Shown here: positions 8,933 to 17,605 of the stretch, in pieces
How the letters are laid out: each line of letters begins with the position of its first letter
How positions within the stretch are numbered: the first letter of the stretch is position 1
Sequence record: NC_047995.1
Length of the DNA: 64,000 nt
Direction: 5' to 3' (one strand)
Notes under the pieces: model-generated
What the model saw: the letters and a program-made list of their open reading frames with translations, nothing else
The model's database searches: none
What the model was told of the DNA's origin: nothing
Made by a program: the position numbers and the translations under genes

Positions 8933-9957
8933 GTAGATCGTTTGCCTCTATTGGGAAGACCCCAGTAGCTGGCGCTGTCCAGAAGATGAAGATCAAGTAC
9001 GGCAAACAGCCCATGCTCCACGTCGTTGATGCGTCGAACTGGATGTGCCGTGCTTACTTCGCAACCCAAAAGAACCCGACGTATGCCAAAGACGGTACTC
9101 CGACTTACGGCCTGCGTCAGTTCATGTATATGGTCAAGGACCTGATTGATATCGCAGCGAAAGACCCGAACGGTCAATTCATTGCGTTCTGCTTTGACGT
9201 TAGCTCTGAGTCTACGTGGCGTTATCGCGCTATGCAGCAATGGGCAGCGGAGCACAAGAAGAAGTATATCCGTCAGGTGTTCAAAAAGAGTAGCGACTAC
9301 AAAGGCAATCGTGATCGCTCTCTGACCAAAGAGCTTGGCGTTCAGATGATGCTGGCGCGTGAGATACTCCAGATGGCTGGCTACTACGTTGGCCTGAAAT
9401 CTCCGTACGAGTGTGACGACGTTGTGGGCACGTTGAGTGACCGCTTCAAGTACGACTATCTGATCAAGCTGTACTCGCGTGACAAAGACTACGTGCAACT
9501 TGTTGACCACAAGAACGTGGAGCTTATCATGCAGGCGCAGTCCAATGCGGCCGAGCGTCGCTTCACTCTTAAAACTGCCAAAGGCTTCTTCGGTGTGCCA
9601 CCAGACCGTGTTATTGATATGCTCGCACTCTCTGGCGATAGCGTCGATAACGTTCCTGGGATTCCGGGCATCGGTGAGAAGACTGCCGCAGAGTTCATCA
9701 ATCGTTTCGGTGGTGCTCTTGAACTACGTGAAGCATTGTTGAGCGGGGATCTGAAATCAAATGCTGGTTGGGCGAAAGCACTAACTGGTAAGATCCCATC
9801 AATGGATATTGAATTGCAAATGGAGCTTGTAACTATCGACCGCAACGTGCCTACTCTGCCTAAGAGTATCGACGCGTTCGTGCCTGGCCGTCCAGATATA
9901 AAAGCGTTGAAAGCAGTTAAGAAACGCCTGGACCTGCCTCAACTATTACACGTCTAA
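8929..9957 (+). CDS. 5'-3' exonuclease / flap endonuclease (Pol I N-terminal, T4 RNase H-like)
   Basis: VVDASN, FCFD, YKGNR, YECDDVVGTL, SRDKDYVQL, H3TH motif LSGDSVDNVPGIPGIGEKTA; start placed at ATG 8929 after GAGGA. Confidence 0.92.
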   Translation: MSRSFASIGKTPVAGAVQKMKIKYGKQPMLHVVDASNWMCRAYFATQKNPTYAKDGTPTYGLRQFMYMVKDLIDIAAKDPNGQFIAFCFDVSSESTWRYRAMQQWAAEHKKKYIRQVFKKSSDYKGNRDRSLTKELGVQMMLAREILQMAGYYVGLKSPYECDDVVGTLSDRFKYDYLIKLYSRDKDYVQLVDHKNVELIMQAQSNAAERRFTLKTAKGFFGVPPDRVIDMLALSGDSVDNVPGIPGIGEKTAAEFINRFGGALELREALLSGDLKSNAGWAKALTGKIPSMDIELQMELVTIDRNVPTLPKSIDAFVPGRPDIKALKAVKKRLDLPQLLHV

Positions 9958-9966
9958 GAGGATATC

Positions 9967-10497
9967 ATGACGGACAAGATTACGCAGTTGGAGAAGTGGT
10001 ATGATGCAGCAAAGACGGCGTTCAAGATGGGACAACACAATCCCAATGGAAACATCGCGCTGCTGTTGAGTATTCTGGCTCGCCTGAACAAGACAGTTGA
10101 TGAAGCTGCTCCTGGTCCTGTGCGCGAACAGGCTGAGTTCGAACGCAACCAGTTCCTTGACGAGCTGGCTGCCGAAGTGAAGATGTACGAACTCATTCGC
10201 AAGCGCTTCAACAACGACCTGTACCCTGGTATTACTGTGAGCGAAGACGTGAAGGTGTACGTCGCGCTCATGTCCGATCGCCCTGGCTCTGCTGTGATGG
10301 CGATGACCTTCCTGCACCTTGCCCGTTGCTACACGCTCAAGGACATGATCATTAACTTTCTCCCGAATGGCTTTCCTGCTGAGGACGCACTTGGCCTCAC
10401 TTGGAGCATACAGAAAACAGACGCCGGAAACCTGGTGGATGATATTGATTCTGTAAATAGCCTGTATACTAAGATGTATAACTCTGGAGATAAGTAA
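9967..10497 (+). CDS. hypothetical protein
   Basis: 176 aa, GAGG RBS. Confidence 0.7.
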   Translation: MTDKITQLEKWYDAAKTAFKMGQHNPNGNIALLLSILARLNKTVDEAAPGPVREQAEFERNQFLDELAAEVKMYELIRKRFNNDLYPGITVSEDVKVYVALMSDRPGSAVMAMTFLHLARCYTLKDMIINFLPNGFPAEDALGLTWSIQKTDAGNLVDDIDSVNSLYTKMYNSGDK

Positions 10498-11090
10498 TGG
10501 ATTTATCTGCATTAGGTTACGCGCCGAAGCAGTTCCGAGTGATTCCCGTTGAGAACGGTAACCTCGTATCTGACTTCATCCACGGTAAGTTCCGCGTCAT
10601 TGGTGTTGAGTGCAACGCTCGCGGTGCTTACGGCAACCCGATTCAAAAGAGTATTGCTCGCCGCTTCCCCGAAGTCGTGAACCGCGTCAATGCCGTTGAC
10701 TACGAACACGAATTAACTATCGGTAAGACGCACATGATTCGCGTTAGCACTCAGCACCGTCGTGGTCTGTACGTTGCTAACATGCACATCGCTCGCGGCT
10801 TCGGTCTCGGTCTGAATGGTTCATCGGAGGGCGCTCACAAGCCCATCAATCGTTTCAGTGAACAACATCTGACACGCGCCTTTGATCATCTGCTGGAGCA
10901 GTGTGAGAAAGAGAACATTGCTCCAGACCGACAGATTGCTATTCAGCGTTTCTACGGCGGACTCGGCGGGGTTTCTTGGGAAGAGGTTTGTGTTGTGCTT
11001 GACGCTATCTGCGAGAAGCATCAGTTCAACATGTATGCCTATCTACCAAAGAACTACAATACTAACTACGTGCGGGGTTCCGCGCAATAA
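10497..11090 (+). CDS. macrodomain protein (Poa1p/DarG-like)
   Basis: ECNARGAYGNPIQKSIARRFP and IAIQRFYGGLGGVSWEEV match the macro consensus N..G.MG.G.A..I...FP and IA.P.IG.GLGGL.W..V. Confidence 0.7.
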   Translation: MDLSALGYAPKQFRVIPVENGNLVSDFIHGKFRVIGVECNARGAYGNPIQKSIARRFPEVVNRVNAVDYEHELTIGKTHMIRVSTQHRRGLYVANMHIARGFGLGLNGSSEGAHKPINRFSEQHLTRAFDHLLEQCEKENIAPDRQIAIQRFYGGLGGVSWEEVCVVLDAICEKHQFNMYAYLPKNYNTNYVRGSAQ

Positions 11091-11102
11091 CTCTGGGGTG
11101 TA

Positions 11103-11438
11103 TTGATGAACACAATACGCGGATTTGATTGGCTCTTTTACGGAGATGGAACCGATAGCGGCCAGCATTCAATTGCAAGTGTCGTTGTAGAAACATCGAC
11201 GAAATCAATTCAGGTAGAAGTAAAGCCAGGAGGCGCGGTACCTGTAATTCAAGCGATTCAGGACAATGACGTCCTGTACGTTCAGACCTCCGAAGGTCTA
11301 TACCGTATTCGTTATAGTTGCTCGTTCCGAACGCTGGATGCTAACGTTTTCCCTCCAAGTAAAACAGAGTTCCGCTTGAAGCTGATCGCCTGTGACTTCT
11401 TGGACGGTGTTACTACTCACGATAAACTTCTGGACTAG
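11103..11438 (+). CDS. hypothetical protein
   Basis: 111 aa ORF in operon. Confidence 0.6.
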   Translation: MMNTIRGFDWLFYGDGTDSGQHSIASVVVETSTKSIQVEVKPGGAVPVIQAIQDNDVLYVQTSEGLYRIRYSCSFRTLDANVFPPSKTEFRLKLIACDFLDGVTTHDKLLD

Positions 11439-11443
11439 CCGCT

Positions 11444-12142
11444 ATGATTACAGCAAAGAACGTTGAAAGCCGTTTGGCAAAAATAAACTATACTCGCCCT
11501 GACCCTTCACGGGAAGAGCTTGAGGAACTTGTTGGTCATGGCAAGACTCGTATTCTAAAGACCGCAGACATTAATGGCCTGTGTCCGCTGTCCAACCAAT
11601 ACTTTGAGTTCTGTCTAAAGCAAGTTGGTTCTTTCTGTACGGCATCGTACAACGCGGTTGAGATCGCAATGTGTGTGGGCATCCAACCTATCTACGTTGC
11701 TGCTGCGCTTCATCTCTACGGCGGTGACTGGGCATATCGTTTGCTCAAACTGAAACGCTTCGGTCGCCTCGATCGTGGTATTCATAGCGTGTGGGAATCA
11801 GGTGGTGCTTGGTTCTCGCTGGGTGAGTGTCGCAGTCGCATCGTAGGCTCGCAGACTGTTTCGCAGGGACAAGGCAACTTGAAGACTGCTATCCGTTTGG
11901 GTGACATGGAACTGATTCGTCAGATTGCTGCGAAGTTCCCACATCGCACCATGAGCGTACTCGCGCCTCGTATCGGACTTCTCTATACCGACCAACGTCG
12001 TGAAAAGAGTAAGCGTGACCTTGAAGCCAAGAAGAAAGCGCTCGCAGCCGAAGGTAAGAAGATGGCTGAACACGGATCGTATAGCGACCTCAGCCCTGTC
12101 TTCAACGGTTCGATAGCTAAACCTGATTACGACAGATTCTGA
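11444..12142 (+). CDS. hypothetical protein
   Basis: 232 aa ORF in operon. Confidence 0.7.
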   Translation: MITAKNVESRLAKINYTRPDPSREELEELVGHGKTRILKTADINGLCPLSNQYFEFCLKQVGSFCTASYNAVEIAMCVGIQPIYVAAALHLYGGDWAYRLLKLKRFGRLDRGIHSVWESGGAWFSLGECRSRIVGSQTVSQGQGNLKTAIRLGDMELIRQIAAKFPHRTMSVLAPRIGLLYTDQRREKSKRDLEAKKKALAAEGKKMAEHGSYSDLSPVFNGSIAKPDYDRF

Positions 12143-12149
12143 GGTACAA

Positions 12150-12533
12150 ATGGAAAAGAGCACTGTTAGTCTTCTCGTAGAAAGCATGACTGCCGAAGAG
12201 CGTGGTCTTGCTGGTAAGTACGCTGGCATGACTGCTGGTCAGATTGCTAAAGACGAGACAGGGATTGCGTTCATCGTTAACAACGCATTCGCTATGAATC
12301 ATCTTCTCTGGCTGCCTGATGCAGATTTGGATTGGTTCACTCCAATTGAGGAGCCTAGTCATCTGTCTGTAGGTCTTATTGGCCACGTAGGCGATACGCC
12401 TGTATACAGTGACTGGTACTACGGCAGTCCGTCTGATCGTCAGCGTCCTTGTGACCAAATCCCACGCGTCGGTGTGGTCAACGTGACAACCAATGAAATT
12501 TCTTTGATTACTGTTGAACAATTTGCTCGCTAA
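12150..12533 (+). CDS. hypothetical protein
   Basis: 127 aa, GAGGT RBS. Confidence 0.7.
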   Translation: MEKSTVSLLVESMTAEERGLAGKYAGMTAGQIAKDETGIAFIVNNAFAMNHLLWLPDADLDWFTPIEEPSHLSVGLIGHVGDTPVYSDWYYGSPSDRQRPCDQIPRVGVVNVTTNEISLITVEQFAR

Positions 12534-12536
12534 CGG

Positions 12537-12552
12537 TAATTTCGACAGGTCA
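12537..12552 (+). promoter_or_regulatory. candidate promoter motif TAATTT-CGAC-AGGTCA upstream of the cmoA operon
   Basis: Lies in the 41-nt intergenic gap; matches the motif upstream of virion genes. Confidence 0.5.
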
Positions 12553-12574
12553 AAACAAATAACGGAACACTATC

Positions 12575-13345
12575 ATGAGCAACGTTGATCAAACAATGCC
12601 ACAAGGCCGCTGGGAATTTAATGAGCCAGTTGCTGCTGTCTTCGATAACATGCTGCAAAACTCAATTCCATCGTATGACCGTATGCGTGATCTGACCTAC
12701 CGTCTGGGTCGTCAGTTCGTAACTCCAGGTACTGCGATTGTTGATTTGGGTGCGTCACTCGGTCGTGCTATCGAACCGTTCTGTGCTGAGTTCGGCGAGT
12801 ACATGTACCATCATGCGGCAGATCGTCCTGAGCCTGATTCTGAAACAGGTAACCACTACTGCTGCTACGAAGTAGCGCCTGCCATGCTTGAGCGCCTGCG
12901 CCAAAACGAAGTGCTGGCTAAAGCGAACGCCAAAATCAGTAGCGAGTCTCTGGTCGAAGTGGACACCTTCCGATTCGACGAGCAGGTTGAATGCTCACTT
13001 ATCCTGAGTGTACTGACTCTCCAGTTCACTCCTATCGAACACCGTCAACACATCCTTGAGAAGGTCTATGACTCTCTGGAGAAAGGTGGTGCTTTCATTC
13101 TGGTTGAGAAAGTGTTGGGTGACGACAACTTCCTTGACCGTCTGCTGGTAGACACCTACTACGGCATGAAAGGCGACAACGGTTACTCGCAGGAATCTAT
13201 TGCGACTAAGCGTAAAGCCCTTGAAGGCGTACTGGTGCCTGTGAAAGCTGCATGGAACGAAGAACTGCTGCGCAAAGCTGGCTTCAACCGTGTGGAATGT
13301 TTCTACCGCGACCTGAACTTTGCTGGATGGATCGCAGTCAAATAA
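12575..13345 (+). CDS. cmoA: carboxy-S-adenosyl-L-methionine synthase (CmoA-like)
   Basis: WEFNEPVAAVFDNMLQNSIPSY (E. coli [22 protein letters not shown]), DLGASLG, TLQF, LVEK, TKRKALEGVL with the Arg equivalent to E. coli R199, C-terminal LNFAGWIAVK. Confidence 0.88.
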   Translation: MSNVDQTMPQGRWEFNEPVAAVFDNMLQNSIPSYDRMRDLTYRLGRQFVTPGTAIVDLGASLGRAIEPFCAEFGEYMYHHAADRPEPDSETGNHYCCYEVAPAMLERLRQNEVLAKANAKISSESLVEVDTFRFDEQVECSLILSVLTLQFTPIEHRQHILEKVYDSLEKGGAFILVEKVLGDDNFLDRLLVDTYYGMKGDNGYSQESIATKRKALEGVLVPVKAAWNEELLRKAGFNRVECFYRDLNFAGWIAVK

Positions 13346-13356
13346 GGTAAACCGAT

Positions 13357-14412
13357 ATGAACGTAAGTGGTGATATCTATAACATCCCTCAACCGTTCGC
13401 CATGTATTGTGGCAACTGTGAAACTCGTGCTCAGGCTAAAGTAGCTGCGGGCACAATCGAATGGGCGCGTGATAAAGTCTGCTGTGTAGTCGCAGACGAC
13501 AACGGCCTATTCCCGGACATGCCTCATGTTAACGTGGCGAGTATTCATGCAACCGATGCTGAAACTCTGGTGATTGGCTGCGCCCCTTTTGGCGGTAAGA
13601 TCGACGAGCAAATGGATAGTGCAATTCGTAGCGCTATCTATCGTGGTCGCAACATCGCTGCTGCTATGCACACGCGTCTGGCAGATAATCCTGAATACGT
13701 TGAGCTGGCCGATCGCTACAACGTCAAGCTGTATGACTTCCGTCATCGTCCTGATGCGTACCCGCTCGGTACTGGCGAGAAGCGTAACGGCATTCGTCTG
13801 CTGACTGTAGGCACTGATAGTTCTTGCGGTAAGAAGTTCACGACGCTGACTCTGCATCGTGCGCTGAAAGAACGACACGACGACACGGTGTTCTGCTCTA
13901 CTGGCCAGACTGGTTTCCTGATTAGCGACTGCGGTATCAACAACGATACGCTGGTGGCTGACTTCCTTGCAGGTGCTGCTGAGTCGCTGTCTCCTGAAGG
14001 TCCAGTTGATCGTGTGTACCTGATTGAAGGTCAAGGTGCTATCACCCACCCAGCGTACACTGGCGGTAGCATGAGCCTGATTGCTGGCTCGCAGCCTGAC
14101 TACTTCATCATGTGCCATGCGTGGGAACGTAAGACTCAGCTTGGCGTTAATCGCGTACCTAACCTGGTGTTCGAACTGAAAGCCAACATGGACGCTGCTG
14201 CAATACACGGCCTGACGCCTAAGTATCTCGGCATCAGCATCAACTTCTCTGAGTGTGATGCGACTCTGGAACAACAGGACCAGATCATGCGTGACCTTGA
14301 AATAGAGTTCGGCATGCCTGTGTTCGACCCGCTGCGCAACGTCATGGTAGTTGAAGAACTGGCGAACGCCCTCCATGCAGAAGCAATGCGTCGGAGTGCA
14401 GAGAATGGCTAA
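13357..14412 (+). CDS. DUF1611 family P-loop protein (DgcN-like)
   Basis: LLTVGTDSSCGKKFTT, FCSTGQTG, DFLAGAAE, LIEGQGAITHPAY, GSQPDYFIMCH are DUF1611 hallmarks. Confidence 0.85.
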   Translation: MNVSGDIYNIPQPFAMYCGNCETRAQAKVAAGTIEWARDKVCCVVADDNGLFPDMPHVNVASIHATDAETLVIGCAPFGGKIDEQMDSAIRSAIYRGRNIAAAMHTRLADNPEYVELADRYNVKLYDFRHRPDAYPLGTGEKRNGIRLLTVGTDSSCGKKFTTLTLHRALKERHDDTVFCSTGQTGFLISDCGINNDTLVADFLAGAAESLSPEGPVDRVYLIEGQGAITHPAYTGGSMSLIAGSQPDYFIMCHAWERKTQLGVNRVPNLVFELKANMDAAAIHGLTPKYLGISINFSECDATLEQQDQIMRDLEIEFGMPVFDPLRNVMVVEELANALHAEAMRRSAENG

Positions 14413-15274
14413 ACATCCTCTTCGCAAGCTGTTCGAACAGCACGTAAAGAAAGAGGTCAAAGCCAAAGAAGTGGCCGTTCTGCTTTCGAGCGGCCTCGAT
14501 GGTTTGGTTAGCGCACTGGCTGCGCATGATCTCGGCATGAAAGTTCACGCCTTCACTTTTCAGATGGGCGAGGAGCAGAGCTTTGACAGCAAACACGCCC
14601 GCATCGTCGCAGAGAAGATGGGTTGGTCGTTCACTCTAGTCAAGGTGCCTACGTCTGACACGGCAATCGCCAAAGGCTGGAAACTGCTTCACGCAAACTT
14701 CCGCTGTTTGAAAAAGCGTGACTTCGAATGCGCGTACCCTATGGTGTACTGCTATAAAGCAATCAAAGACGCTGGCTTGAAGTATGTGCTGTCCGGTCTG
14801 GTGGCTGACGGTTACTTCCTGTATAACCGCAACACGCACATCCAGAAAGTAAGCGGCCCGCATTCCGTCGCTGAAAAGTACCATGCGTATCGCACTGAAT
14901 ACTTCCGACCGTGGATCAAAAGCGGTAAGAAGTCTCTCGGCGTTGATGGATATAACCCGAGCGGTATGCTGCAACACGAAATGCTATGTGATCACTTCGG
15001 CCTTGTTCACGTTAATCCGTGGATGCAGCCGAAAGTATTTGATTACTTCATCAAGTACACATGGCAAGAGTTAAATATGCCTAAGCAGAAAATGCCAATA
15101 ACAACGGCTTGGGCAGATCACATCGCTATTGTCGGGCATCGCCCGCATCGCGGCTATCAAACAGAAGCTGGAGTGCCTGCGCACTTCGAACGCTTACTGG
15201 ATAATCCTGAGATCAATTTCAACGGTCGCAAGCGCATCATGGATGTGGCCCGCGATTGGTCGACGAGGACTTAA
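14405..15274 (+). CDS. asparagine-synthetase C-terminal-domain-like PP-loop ATPase (no glutaminase domain)
   Basis: PP-loop VLLSSGLDG, VLSGLVADGYF (cf. VLSGEGADELF), GLVHVNPWMQ (cf. GLE.RVPFLD); ATG 14405 overlaps the DUF1611 stop. Confidence 0.75.
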   Translation: MAKHPLRKLFEQHVKKEVKAKEVAVLLSSGLDGLVSALAAHDLGMKVHAFTFQMGEEQSFDSKHARIVAEKMGWSFTLVKVPTSDTAIAKGWKLLHANFRCLKKRDFECAYPMVYCYKAIKDAGLKYVLSGLVADGYFLYNRNTHIQKVSGPHSVAEKYHAYRTEYFRPWIKSGKKSLGVDGYNPSGMLQHEMLCDHFGLVHVNPWMQPKVFDYFIKYTWQELNMPKQKMPITTAWADHIAIVGHRPHRGYQTEAGVPAHFERLLDNPEINFNGRKRIMDVARDWSTRT

Positions 15275-15275
15275 T

Positions 15276-15890
15276 ATGTTTGTACACATCATTGACGGTG
15301 GTATTGGTGGTCAGTATGTTTTCCACCAGTTGCAGGAAGCTGGCATCAACTGTCGTATTCACTCTCCGAACAACAATCGTGTTCGGGCAGTACATGCGCC
15401 TTACCCAGCTCTTTCTATGGGACACACGGAACAGGAAATTGAGAAGCATATCGGTAGCGTGTTAGGCACGTATCGCGGCCTTTTCCTGATCAGCAGTTAT
15501 GTAGGTTCGTTGATTGCTAATCAGATGCTTGACCAGTGCGGTCAGTCTGATAACATCATCACCTGCGACGATCTCAAGTGTGGCTCGATACCTGTCGTTG
15601 CTTCATCCATTTCTGTAAACGTATATCGTAAACAGAGACAACTCGGTCGCATAGCGCATCGCCTGAAACACTTCGACACTGACCATGAGTTCATTGTCGC
15701 AGACAAGGCTGTGCGCTTCGCTGCGGGTTCGGAGTTCGATGAACAAGACGCTCGTAAGGAATTCAACAACAACGCCAAGTTCCTTTCGAGTCCGTCATTG
15801 ATTGTTGCTGCACACAAACTCGGTGTGAAGAACAGTATGTATCACAACTATGCGGGGCTGGTGCGCGAGTTCCTTGAGAAGCGCCAGTAG
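15276..15890 (+). CDS. hypothetical protein with degenerate Rossmann-like N-terminus
   Basis: MFVHIIDGGIGGQYVFHQLQEAG resembles a beta-alpha GxGxxG dinucleotide-binding start; GAGGA RBS. Confidence 0.6.
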   Translation: MFVHIIDGGIGGQYVFHQLQEAGINCRIHSPNNNRVRAVHAPYPALSMGHTEQEIEKHIGSVLGTYRGLFLISSYVGSLIANQMLDQCGQSDNIITCDDLKCGSIPVVASSISVNVYRKQRQLGRIAHRLKHFDTDHEFIVADKAVRFAAGSEFDEQDARKEFNNNAKFLSSPSLIVAAHKLGVKNSMYHNYAGLVREFLEKRQ

Positions 15891-15908
15891 CAGTAACGCG
15901 AGGGCACG

Positions 15909-16172
15909 ATGATTAATCGCTTTCAACTGAAAAAGGTTCCTACGCTTGAAGCGTGTCAGTGGAACGGGGAGAACGTCGAGGAGATGGATAAGTTCCTCGG
16001 CGGTCATGGTTATGTCAAAGGACGTTACGTTGAGATTGGCTTGTTGGATAAGTATCAAAAGCCAACGCTTGCCAACGTGTCTGTAGGCAACTATGCAGTG
16101 AAGTACGAAGACGGTTCGTTCGGAGCACTGACTGCGAGTGAGCTGATGGACAAATACGTTCTGGCTGATTGA
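15909..16172 (+). CDS. conserved phage hypothetical protein
   Basis: KKVPTLEACQWNGEN ... VGNYAVKYEDGSF pattern typical of a widespread small phage family. Confidence 0.75.
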   Translation: MINRFQLKKVPTLEACQWNGENVEEMDKFLGGHGYVKGRYVEIGLLDKYQKPTLANVSVGNYAVKYEDGSFGALTASELMDKYVLAD

Positions 16173-16179
16173 GGACAAG

Positions 16180-16635
16180 ATGAATCTGTTTTCTATTTTA
16201 AAGCAGCAGGTGAAGAAAGCGCTATCGACCGAAGCGAATCACGAACCTGAGATTCGTGCGATGTTTGACTGGCGCTACTCTGTTGAGATCAAGGGCCAGA
16301 TGTACATCGTAGGCAAGACTGGAGCAAACACTTGCTTCTACGTTGAGCCTGGTACCGAAGAGCCCGTAGCGTGTTATCCTGACGCACTGCTTGCCAAGAT
16401 TGACGAGTGGGGTGCGAGCAAGTACGTGTCATTCGCAATCTACTTCAAGCGCTTCGATAGTCCTGTTGCCGAAAACATTAAGACAATCGAAAAGGCAATG
16501 ACAGGTAAACCGAAGACCTTTAAGAAAGGTTACTTCATCTGCGGGGTCACGCCTAAAGGCAAACGTATTAAGCTGTACCGTTTGCATCAAGGCCTGTCTG
16601 GTATGCAGTGGGTTGCAGTGGAGAATAAAGCATGA
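16180..16635 (+). CDS. hypothetical protein
   Basis: 151 aa, GAGGA RBS. Confidence 0.7.
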   Translation: MNLFSILKQQVKKALSTEANHEPEIRAMFDWRYSVEIKGQMYIVGKTGANTCFYVEPGTEEPVACYPDALLAKIDEWGASKYVSFAIYFKRFDSPVAENIKTIEKAMTGKPKTFKKGYFICGVTPKGKRIKLYRLHQGLSGMQWVAVENKA

Positions 16636-16841
16636 GTAAGCGCATTCAATTTCTCTTATCGTGGAGTGCGTTTATCTCCGGCTTGTTTTTGACTTTGGTG
16701 TTCTTCGCTTTGATTGTGTTCAATGTTGTTATGGATATATCGAAGGAAGTAACCACACCGTTGTTGATCGCTCTCGTTATCTGCTTCATTAACAACATGT
16801 CCACTGCGTTCTTGATGCGAAGCAACAACTCTAAACCTTAA
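16632..16841 (+). CDS. small two-TM membrane protein
   Basis: Two hydrophobic segments; ATGA overlap. Confidence 0.7.
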   Translation: MSKRIQFLLSWSAFISGLFLTLVFFALIVFNVVMDISKEVTTPLLIALVICFINNMSTAFLMRSNNSKP

Positions 16842-16872
16842 TCTCACGGTACTGTCCGTGTTAGGAGCAAGT

Positions 16873-17160
16873 ATGATTGACGACATTATTGTAGGCCACA
16901 TTTATAAATCATCTAATGGCTATCCATATAAAGTGGAAGGTCGCGCCGAACACGGACAAAACCCAGAAGACAATCGGGTGCAACTCCATAACTTGACCGA
17001 AACTCCCTTGTATACCAAAGGACATAAGTTCAGTATGCGAGAGTCCGAGTTCAAGGCAGCCTTCTCTGTGTATACAGAAGGAGAGTACCATGAACACAAC
17101 GTTAAGGCATCATCTGAAATGCCGCCACTTCGATCCTGCATTCTACCATTGCTGGGTTAG
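16873..17160 (+). CDS. DUF1653-like small protein
   Basis: GHIYKSSNGYPYKVEGRAEH ... MRESEFKAAF; AGGAG RBS. Confidence 0.55.
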   Translation: MIDDIIVGHIYKSSNGYPYKVEGRAEHGQNPEDNRVQLHNLTETPLYTKGHKFSMRESEFKAAFSVYTEGEYHEHNVKASSEMPPLRSCILPLLG

Positions 17161-17603
17161 CGAAACGCAAATGACCGTGCCGTTGTTCTCGTTTGATAGA
17201 GCAATGCGCGGTCTACAGGTCTACACACCAGATGCACCTAAGCACGATAAGAATCCGAAAGCCTGTCGTTACTTCACGCGAGCGTTCGGCGGCAAGCAGT
17301 TGGTGTGGGGATCAGAAATTAAACCTGAACGGGTCGACCGTGTTCTTAACTGAGTCTGTCTTCAAGGCGTGTGCGTTACATCGTCTTGGACTCAATGCTT
17401 GGTCCGTTCTTGGTTCAAACGTGAGCGAGTACCTGCACCACCAGCTTCGCATGTTGGGTCTACGTTTCGTCTGCTTAGGCGATAACGATAAAGCAGGGCA
17501 GGAGTTTAGTCAGACGTTTGGACTAGGCGCTGTCAGCAATGACCTTGACGAGATGCCTGATGAACAGCTACTCGATCTAACTTTACCCTTCCTGAGGAAG
17601 TAG
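17090..17603 (+). pseudogene. small primase-like TOPRIM protein split by a +1 frameshift near 17316-17318
   Basis: ORF 17090..17353 gives the N-half (MTVPLFSFDRAMRGLQVY ... RYFT ... VWGSE). The overlapping frame gives TOPRIM VFLTESVFKA ... VLGS ... LGDNDKAG ... NDLDE. Removing one A from GAAATTA fuses them. Confidence 0.7.
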
Positions 17604-17605
17604 AA

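Noticed and set aside
12575-13345. Reading the CmoA-like gene as a generic or tRNA methyltransferase
   Set aside because: CmoA-specific segments, including the R199-equivalent, are present. Feeding host CmoB tRNA modification remains possible but does not explain the Arg-type MTase
13507-14538. 343-aa minus-strand ORF
   Set aside because: Antisense shadow of the DUF1611 gene; no motifs or RBS
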